Below are positions 25,852 through 32,000 of a stretch of 32,000 bases of DNA, piece by piece. Made by a program: the position numbers and the translations under genes. This DNA comes from an uncultured bacterium. Its GTDB lineage: Bacteria; Fidelibacterota; Marinisomatia; Marinisomatales; TCS55. The DNA lies in the NCBI GenBank assembly GCA_964549275.1, contig CAZJUP010000007.1, positions 17,633-49,632 of the forward strand, written 5' to 3'. How positions within the stretch are numbered: the stretch's first letter is position 1; each line of letters begins with the position of its first letter. The notes beneath the pieces are model-generated. The model had not been told where the DNA came from. It saw only the letters and a program-made list of their open reading frames with translations, and ran no database searches.

Positions 25852-26993
25852 TATTCATATTCCTCCCAATCAATGACATAAGAATATCCAATAAATGACC
25901 CAAAATCGTGGGGTACATATAATTCAAATGCACCAGATGCGCCCGGGAGTAACGTGGCATCAGTTGTTATACCTGAATCAAATGTGTGATACCCTCCTCT
26001 GATAAATGTTGTTAGTGTCTTAGTCTCTCCGCTCCAGTTTGTTCTAAATACGAAATCTACTTTCACAAAATCTGCTCTTCGGCCACCAATGTTTTTTATT
26101 TCACCTGTAAAAACAACATTCCCCTGAGCGTCTTTCTTTTCACTTATATTTCCGACTAAGACACAGTTTGCAGAATATTTTTTGGTTCCGGATTTTTCTG
26201 AGGCTGTCGAGGTATATTTCGGCTCTGCGAGCTTTGGCATTGGGGGCGGTGTATAGCTATCGCGAACCTGTTCGGGTACATATTCCTGCTGTTCTTCGGT
26301 AACAACATTATCAATTATTCGAACAATATCTTTTCGCTGGATAATTAAATACCCCACCAGCGTTTCGACTTTTAGCGATTCCTCGTCTTGGTATACCACT
26401 TTTCCAAACACCGTGGACCCGTTTTTAAGGATAATCTCTTTTGAATAAATCGCCAGGGGGTTAACCCACATTTTACTTAATGCTTTTAGGTTTTCAAGTT
26501 CCTCGTTAAGATATTTTAACTCTGCGGTCATTTTTTTAACCTCAAAACTGAGTTCATTTAAAACATAGTCTTTCCCCGGGTCAGGTTTAAATTCAATATC
26601 CTCCGGACCTGGGCCTTCAACGTTTACTGTATCTGTTGATACATTAGTAGTAGATTGTTCTAGCCCTAATACTACTTCTCCCAGTTTTACATTATCGTCA
26701 ACCACTTCAAGGGGAAGGTGAACTTTTCCTGATTCACCTGCGTCAGATTCAATAATATATTTTCCGGGAAGTACTTTTTTAAATTCAAATTTGCCACCAC
26801 CCCGGCCTAACCGTTTTTTTGACGATTCGGTCCTCTGCGCTTCTGTTCCGTCTTCCTTCAACAGCAGCACGGCTGTTTTTGCAACACCCTTGCCCTTTTC
26901 ATCGATCAGTTGTCCTGAAACTTTGAAGGAATCCTTAGCAAATATATTAGATACAAATACGGTGAGGGCCACCACATATAATATTCTTTTCAT
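25851..26993 (-). CDS. Secreted protein with N-terminal CarboxypepD_reg-like beta-sandwich, coiled coil and C-terminal beta-sandwich-like domain
   Basis: 380 aa with signal peptide MKRILYVVALTVFVSNIFA. 'FKVSGQLIDEKGKGVAKTAVLLLKEDG...KFEFKKVLPGKYIIES' resembles the carboxypeptidase-regulatory-like fold. A short coiled coil is 'VKKMTAELKYLNEELENLKAL'. The C-terminal part is 'VFTGEIKNIGGRRADFVKVDFVF...GAFELYVP'. TAATG overlap with the downstream gene. Confidence 0.55.
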   Translation of the reverse strand: MKRILYVVALTVFVSNIFAKDSFKVSGQLIDEKGKGVAKTAVLLLKEDGTEAQRTESSKKRLGRGGGKFEFKKVLPGKYIIESDAGESGKVHLPLEVVDDNVKLGEVVLGLEQSTTNVSTDTVNVEGPGPEDIEFKPDPGKDYVLNELSFEVKKMTAELKYLNEELENLKALSKMWVNPLAIYSKEIILKNGSTVFGKVVYQDEESLKVETLVGYLIIQRKDIVRIIDNVVTEEQQEYVPEQVRDSYTPPPMPKLAEPKYTSTASEKSGTKKYSANCVLVGNISEKKDAQGNVVFTGEIKNIGGRRADFVKVDFVFRTNWSGETKTLTTFIRGGYHTFDSGITTDATLLPGASGAFELYVPHDFGSFIGYSYVIDWEEYE

Positions 26994-27067
26994 AGCGTAT
27001 CTCTTGCCAATTATAATAACCTCGGATTGTATAGCACCTGAAGGACTCCGACCATCAGGCGCTGGAA

Positions 27068-27096
27068 AGTTTAGCCCCTTTCTAGTCTTGAATCAA
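27068..27096 (-). promoter_or_regulatory. Candidate sigma70-like promoter for the motor-like operon
   Basis: The minus strand reads TTGATT (27096-27091), a 17-nt spacer, then TAAACT (27073-27068). It lies in the only sizeable gap (149 nt) in this gene run, about 75 nt upstream of the ATG at 26993. This is a pattern match only. Confidence 0.25.
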
Positions 27097-27142
27097 GAAA
27101 AAAGATAGCCGTCTTCCCGATTTATCTTACCCAAACAGAAAT

Positions 27143-27700
27143 CTATTTCCAAAAATCTTCAAATGTTTTTTTTCGCCGAAGAAGCACACTTCTCTCTGCT
27201 TCAACGCGCTGTCTCAATGTGTCCGATAAGGTGCGTTGAAGAGCTTTATCATAGGATTCTAAAGCCAGTTCAAAATCTGAATCATCTTTTTTTTCATAAC
27301 ACTTAGCCATCCAATAGTGGGGTTCTCCGGCAGTATCAATTGCTGTGGCAGCTTGACCAAAACAAACCAAAGCTTCCCATTGGGCATTTTTATAGTTTTT
27401 TTGTAATAACCGGTGACCATCTATCATAGCAAGTTCATATCGTGCCACGGTGTTTTTGGGGTCCAACTTGAGGACTTTTTTATACTCAAACTCGGCGCCT
27501 ATGGAAGTTTTCGCTAAATTTAAATGAGCAGTAACTAAAGCAGATTTCAGTTCTGCATCACCAGGGCGTTTTGCCAATAAGGAATCTTCTGCCGCAACCA
27601 ATAGGGCGGGATCTTTCTTTGCCATCACCATGGGTGACGGGGCACACCCGAAGATAATAACAATGACCAATAAACCCAAAAAATTGTGCTTATTTAGCAT
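27143..27700 (-). CDS. Lipoprotein with TPR-like repeats
   Basis: 185 aa with signal plus lipobox-like 'LLVIVIIFGC'. TPR-like helices 'YKKVLKLDPKNTVARYELAMIDG', 'HYWMAKCYEKKDDSDFELALESYDKALQ'. Confidence 0.6.
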   Translation of the reverse strand: MLNKHNFLGLLVIVIIFGCAPSPMVMAKKDPALLVAAEDSLLAKRPGDAELKSALVTAHLNLAKTSIGAEFEYKKVLKLDPKNTVARYELAMIDGHRLLQKNYKNAQWEALVCFGQAATAIDTAGEPHYWMAKCYEKKDDSDFELALESYDKALQRTLSDTLRQRVEAERSVLLRRKKTFEDFWK

Positions 27701-27726
27701 TATAATGTTCCGCTGTTTGTCTTTGC

Positions 27727-28659
27727 CTATCCTGCAAAGCTAAACAAATTATTATTGTCTTTAAATGCAGAATATACCGCCGACATGGAATCGGCCACAT
27801 AGTAACGATCCTGAATTTCACTGTAATCGAATCGTGTCATTACAATTTCCTCAATATCAAAAGGCAAAAACTTCGAGCGGTTCGACTCTCTTTTTGCACA
27901 TTTTACAATGTTGGATGTTTCATCAAAAGAGGAAATAATTCCAGCTCCGTATATTTCAAACTCAATATCATTGTCCTTTCTTCTGAATTTATCAGCAGAT
28001 CCTGTATTTTTTATTAATCCAAATTCATAGGTCCACCAGGCAAAATTCTGAAGTCGTTTCAAATTGTGAGAAACCAACTCGGGGCCTAAATCGTTTTCAT
28101 CTTTTAAAATTTTAAACCCCAGCAATCCCACGTCGTGCAAAAAGTCCGCATACTTTTTATTCATTAAAAAGGGGACGTGTCCTTGAATATCATGAAATAT
28201 GTCCGGTTCTGGGGTGTATCCTTCATCGTTTTGTATTTTTACCCCTTCGTACTTTTCAGAAAAGCGCGGGGATTTTCTTATGATATCCGTTACGGGAAAC
28301 TTTCTCCGCCTGTTCAAATCAAAAAACAATTCTTCATCTAAAAAACCCGATACGGGAATAAGTTCCCAACCTGTAGAATTTTCTATGATGGGTGAAATAG
28401 CTTCAAACTCTGGAAATCGATCGTGGGGTATTGGAAGAGCTCTCATTCCCATAAGATATTCTCTTGATGCATATTGATTCAACAGTGGTTCTAAATTAAT
28501 AAAAAGGTTTTCCCAAATACTGTTCTCTAAGTTATTCACATTTCCGTAGTCTTGGGGTTTGAGATAATCATCCTTAGTCCCAAATATTTGAATTCCCCGT
28601 ACAGCGTGTGGCACTACATTTTGAAAAAGGTGATCGTACTGAGTGTGTTGTTCTGTCAT
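27727..28659 (-). CDS. phhA: Phenylalanine-4-hydroxylase (biopterin-dependent aromatic amino acid hydroxylase)
   Basis: 310 aa with iron-binding 2-His-1-carboxylate context 'EPDIFHDIQGHVPFL', 'FAWWTYEFGLI' and 'YGAGIISS'. Confidence 0.85.
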   Translation of the reverse strand: MTEQHTQYDHLFQNVVPHAVRGIQIFGTKDDYLKPQDYGNVNNLENSIWENLFINLEPLLNQYASREYLMGMRALPIPHDRFPEFEAISPIIENSTGWELIPVSGFLDEELFFDLNRRRKFPVTDIIRKSPRFSEKYEGVKIQNDEGYTPEPDIFHDIQGHVPFLMNKKYADFLHDVGLLGFKILKDENDLGPELVSHNLKRLQNFAWWTYEFGLIKNTGSADKFRRKDNDIEFEIYGAGIISSFDETSNIVKCAKRESNRSKFLPFDIEEIVMTRFDYSEIQDRYYVADSMSAVYSAFKDNNNLFSFAG

Positions 28660-28709
28660 AATTGTAGCTCTTTGGTTAAACGTCCCTAAAAATTCTATTT
28701 AATACCAAA

Positions 28710-29042
28710 TTACCATAACCAAATATAGGTAACTGCGCTATTTTTTCTGCCCAAATCCGCATCCCGCGGGGATCGGCACTCAGCCCGCATACCAGCAGCA
28801 TCGGGATGAAACAAATCGTAATCTTCTCCATTGATTACGGCCTGAAACCTTCCGGCTTGTGTTTCACACCAACTTCTTACCCCAGCTTTTAGGGTTCCCG
28901 AGCCATGTCCATGAATAATTTTTATACCCCTTACTTTACCCTCAAAAATTGCAGTACTCACCTCTGTTTCAAGTACAGATATTGCTTGATCAAGAGAATA
29001 TCCCTTGTGGCCAATGTCCAAAATTTTAAGTAGTGTTGCCAA
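28710..29042 (-). CDS. Stand-alone Smr-domain protein
   Basis: 110 aa. 'LDIGHKGYSLDQAISVLETEV...GKVRGIKIIHGHGSGTLKAGVRSW' matches the Smr pattern (LDLHG...IIHGKG.G.L+..V..WL). Confidence 0.65.
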   Translation of the reverse strand: MATLLKILDIGHKGYSLDQAISVLETEVSTAIFEGKVRGIKIIHGHGSGTLKAGVRSWCETQAGRFQAVINGEDYDLFHPDAAGMRAECRSPRDADLGRKNSAVTYIWLW

Positions 29043-29103
29043 AGTCTTTTATTTATTTGGGGTGGAAGTTTCCATAATTTTAACAATTATAAAAAAGGAT
29101 TTC

Positions 29104-30066
29104 ATGAAACACATCACATTAGGAAGAACGGGGTCGACTGTGTCAGCAATCAGCCTCGGAACATGGTCATACGGTGGATCGGCAACAATTAATAAAAACA
29201 TTTCTGTCGGTTGGTCTGGACAGTCAGATAAAAACAGCATCAAAGCTTTGCACAAAGCATATGAACTAGGAATCATCCATTGGGATACAGCAGATGTTTA
29301 TGGAAGCGGGCACTCTGAAAAAATAATTGGGTCGGTGTGGAAAGACATACCCAGACATGATGTTTTTCTCGCTACAAAAGTGGGTTGGCATAAGGGGCCG
29401 TTTAGGCATTTTTATCATCCTGTGCATATGCGAAGCCAGATGGAATCCTCCCTTAAAAATCTTAATACCGATACCTTGGATCTTCTTTATCTCCACCATT
29501 GCAACTTTGGTGACAGTAAAGAATATTTTGACGATGCCATTGAAACGGTCCGTAGATTTCAGGAAGAAGGGAAAACCCGATTCATCGGGTTGTCTGACTG
29601 GTTCTCCGAAAAAATAATGGCCTTCATAAAGCAGGTCGACCCCGATGTAATTCAGCCATACAGAAATGTCATGGACGACACCTACAAATCAAGCGGTCTT
29701 AAAGAATGGATAGAAAACCACAATTTGGGGGTTTGTTTTTTTTCCCCTATTAAACATGGCCTGCTTACAGGAAAATATTCTAAAGCCACCTCGTTCGAAT
29801 CTGGTGATTTTCGCACAACTGTAAAAGAATTTGCAAACCAAGATCTTATTGATAAACTGATGAAAAATAAAATGTGTTTGGAAAGCCGATTTTCTTATCA
29901 CACAGAGCCCGTATTACACGGCTTGGTTGATGCCTTGCTAACGGATGTTCCGACGGGCTGTGTGTTGCTCGGACAAAGAGATACAAAACAAGTGGAAGCT
30001 GCTGCTCAACTGGGACAGGTGCTGAGCCATGAAGATTATGATTGGGTTAAGAAGCTTTATCAGTAA
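29104..30066 (+). CDS. Aldo/keto reductase family oxidoreductase
   Basis: The typical AKR N-terminus 'MKHITLGRTGSTVSAISLGTWSYGG' starts at ATG 29104, with 'WDTADVYGSGHSEKIIG' and 'LDLLYLHH' further in. The ORF-track start at 29005 would overlap the Smr gene and add a non-homologous leader, so I prefer 29104. Confidence 0.8.
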   Translation: MKHITLGRTGSTVSAISLGTWSYGGSATINKNISVGWSGQSDKNSIKALHKAYELGIIHWDTADVYGSGHSEKIIGSVWKDIPRHDVFLATKVGWHKGPFRHFYHPVHMRSQMESSLKNLNTDTLDLLYLHHCNFGDSKEYFDDAIETVRRFQEEGKTRFIGLSDWFSEKIMAFIKQVDPDVIQPYRNVMDDTYKSSGLKEWIENHNLGVCFFSPIKHGLLTGKYSKATSFESGDFRTTVKEFANQDLIDKLMKNKMCLESRFSYHTEPVLHGLVDALLTDVPTGCVLLGQRDTKQVEAAAQLGQVLSHEDYDWVKKLYQ

Positions 30067-30115
30067 TTCGGATAAATTTGTTTTTAAGACAATAGATAAA
30101 AACCTCGTCTGTCTT

Positions 30116-31423
30116 TTATGTTATTTTAAAGCCGGCTTTTGCCGCATAGCGTTCTAAGTTGTCTCTAAAATCTGGATGACTGATTTCAATCAGCGCTTTG
30201 GCTCTTTCACCCATTCCTTTATGATGAAGTTCCGCTGCGCCGAATTCAGTAATGACCGTGTGTACATCTCCTTCGCTTGTAACCACTCCGGCACCTTTCT
30301 CCAAAAACGGAACTATTCTGGAGTAAGTATTACCTTTAATTTGGACCGTAGATGGTAAAGCAATAATCGGTTTTCCGCCTTCGGATCGTGCCGCACCACG
30401 AATAAAATCCACCTGGCCCCCAATACCGCTATAAAACTTTTTTCCGATTGAATCGGCACAAACTTGTCCTTTTAAATCAACAGAAATCGCTTGGTTAATG
30501 GCAATGACGTTATCGTTTCTTGATATGTTAAAGACATCGTTTGTATAGTGGCTCGGTCTCATTTCTAGAATAGGATTCTCGTTTGACCACTCATACAATG
30601 ATCGGCTACCCATTATAATGCCGGTGACAACCTTGCCTTTGTTTAGTGACTTTTGGCTGTTAGTTATCACACCAGACTCAACCAAGTTCATAATTCCATC
30701 AGAGATTAACTCAGAGTGCACCCCCAGGTTTTTATGCCCGTTTAAAAAGGAAAGAACGGCATCGGGGATTTTTCCGATTCCGACCTGTAGACAGGCACCA
30801 TCCGGAATAATTTCTGAGATTGTTTTTCCAATTTTTATATATCGATCGGAAAGGGAAGGTGGGGTCACTTCAAATAAAGGCTCCTCCGTTTCAATGCATT
30901 GATAAATATCATCCATATGAATAAAACTATAACCCTGCGTTCTTGGAACTGATGGATTAAGTTCTGCAATTATTTTTTTCGCGGATCGGCAGGCTGTCCA
31001 ACTGACATCTACGGATGTCCCCAAACTACAGTATCCTCGCGAATCGGGTGGACTAACCTTTATCAAGGTTGCATCCGGCCTAAGTTTTTCTAAAAAAGAA
31101 GGGACTTCCGATAGAAAGATTGGAAGATAATATGCCCTTCCCTCATTGACCGCTCTACGTGTATTTGGACCGATAAAAAAGGCATGGTGTATAAAAGAGG
31201 ATTCCATTCCCGGCAGAACATATGGGGCCGTTTCTTCCGTTTTCCCCAAGGTTAAAATATGGTAAAGATGAACGTTCGATAGTTCTTGGTGTCTTTCTGT
31301 TAAGGCCCGAATAAGCGCTTTCGGGACAACAGCCCCACCCCCAATAAAAATATTGTCTTCAGATTTTACAACCGATACCGCCTCCTTAGCAGTCACGATT
31401 TTATTAGCCCACGATTTAGACAA
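30116..31423 (-). CDS. Acetyl-CoA hydrolase/transferase family protein (4-hydroxybutyrate/acetate CoA-transferase-like)
   Basis: 435 aa with 'LQVGIGKIPDAV', 'HSELISDG' and 'YSGIGGQVDFIRGA', typical of the Cat/AbfT CoA-transferase family. Confidence 0.8.
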   Translation of the reverse strand: MSKSWANKIVTAKEAVSVVKSEDNIFIGGGAVVPKALIRALTERHQELSNVHLYHILTLGKTEETAPYVLPGMESSFIHHAFFIGPNTRRAVNEGRAYYLPIFLSEVPSFLEKLRPDATLIKVSPPDSRGYCSLGTSVDVSWTACRSAKKIIAELNPSVPRTQGYSFIHMDDIYQCIETEEPLFEVTPPSLSDRYIKIGKTISEIIPDGACLQVGIGKIPDAVLSFLNGHKNLGVHSELISDGIMNLVESGVITNSQKSLNKGKVVTGIIMGSRSLYEWSNENPILEMRPSHYTNDVFNISRNDNVIAINQAISVDLKGQVCADSIGKKFYSGIGGQVDFIRGAARSEGGKPIIALPSTVQIKGNTYSRIVPFLEKGAGVVTSEGDVHTVITEFGAAELHHKGMGERAKALIEISHPDFRDNLERYAAKAGFKIT

Positions 31424-31465
31424 AAAGTTCCCCAGATTCTATAGTAATAGTAATATTGTAATAAA

Positions 31466-32000
31466 CTAACTGTTTTGTTGTTCCATTTTTTGGACCGAAA
31501 GATAATTCGTGGTTCCTATTGCCCCCATAGGAACGCCACCTGTAATGACAAATTTTTCTCCAGAGGATAGCAGTCGATGTTCTTTTAAAATGTTTCTGCA
31601 TAAATCCGGAATCTGGTCTAAATCTTCAAAGTTTGAAACCAAAAATGCTTTTACCCCCCACACAATGGACAGCTGGCGACAGGTCTCGTCTAAAGGTGTC
31701 AAGGCTAAAATTTCCGACGGGGGACGATACCGTGAAATCATTCTGGCTGTGCTGCCGCTATGTGTCATGGACAAAATATATCTAATGTTTAAATCTTCCG
31801 CCACTTGACACGTTGCATGGCTAATGGCGTCAGCAGTGTGCTTTTGCTGCCCTATTGAAAGGCTTTGGCTTGATTTTGCGAGAGACTGTTCTGTTTCTAA
31901 AATTACCTTTTTTAATACACGGACAACTTCCTCTGGATATCTCCCGGCAGCGGTTTCTCCTGTAACCAATAAAGCATCTGCGCCATCATAAATTGCATTG
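31466..32000 (-). CDS. pyk: Pyruvate kinase, C-terminal part (5' end beyond the right edge of the window)
   Basis: The reverse strand at the window edge reads 'NAIYDGADALLVTGETAAGRYPEEVV', which is the PK active-site motif (canonical form: DG.DA.MLSGETA.G.YP). The C-terminal regulatory domain follows. The frame is open to the edge. Confidence 0.85.
   Translation of the reverse strand, partial: NAIYDGADALLVTGETAAGRYPEEVVRVLKKVILETEQSLAKSSQSLSIGQQKHTADAISHATCQVAEDLNIRYILSMTHSGSTARMISRYRPPSEILALTPLDETCRQLSIVWGVKAFLVSNFEDLDQIPDLCRNILKEHRLLSSGEKFVITGGVPMGAIGTTNYLSVQKMEQQNS

Noticed and set aside
29005-29103. ORF-track start at 29005 for the aldo/keto reductase
   Set aside because: It would overlap the divergent Smr gene by 38 nt and add a hydrophobic leader not seen in AKRs. 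The canonical AKR N-terminus (MKHITLGRTG...) begins at 29104.
31466-32000. Pyruvate kinase motif variant 'LLVTGETA' versus the canonical 'MLSGETA'
   Set aside because: The substitution (Ser to Thr, with a shifted hydrophobic residue) is conservative within a partial gene. There is no evidence of functional significance.
1-32000. Scan for CRISPR arrays, tRNA/rRNA genes, IS elements, integrases and long direct or inverted repeats
   Set aside because: I recognised nothing of this kind by eye. All intergenic gaps are shorter than 270 nt and lack repeat arrays or cloverleaf-like sequence. A computational scan (tRNAscan-SE, Infernal, MinCED) would be needed to exclude small RNAs.

Overview
AT-rich chromosomal segment from a diderm (Gram-negative) bacterium. 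The gene content looks like the FCB group or a candidate phylum: a three-subunit sdhCAB with a cytochrome b subunit, an ExbB-ExbD-ExbD-TonB cluster and many TPR envelope proteins. The taxonomic placement is a guess. Coding density is high, Shine-Dalgarno-like GGAGG/GAGGA motifs precede several starts, and I saw no rRNA, tRNA, CRISPR array, transposase or integrase. Most of the window is housekeeping or metabolic: S41 C-terminal processing protease, ExbB/ExbD/ExbD/TonB, succinate dehydrogenase/fumarate reductase, a gamma-glutamyl trio (GGT-like, C26 hydrolase, plant-type glutamate-cysteine ligase), a NUDIX hydrolase, pyruvate phosphate dikinase, tryptophanase, phenylalanine-4-hydroxylase, an Smr protein, an aldo/keto reductase, a CoA-transferase and a partial pyruvate kinase. 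The standout is a seven-gene minus-strand operon at 19484-26993. Its genes are translationally coupled, and a TPR lipoprotein gene may belong to it upstream. It encodes a canonical flagellar-type MotA/MotB stator followed by a full-length FliG homologue and a cut-down FliF-like protein. That protein has two TM segments and a single RBM3-like ring module, a long periplasmic coiled coil, and a FliG-binding-like tail. Upstream in the same operon are a CpoB/YbgF-like coiled-coil/TPR protein, a beta-rich/TPR protein and a CarboxypepD_reg-like secreted protein. No export apparatus, switch (FliM/N), rod, hook or filament genes lie nearby. I interpret this as a candidate non-flagellar rotor-stator envelope machine of unknown output. 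All homology calls come from by-eye motif recognition and need HMM or structure searches.
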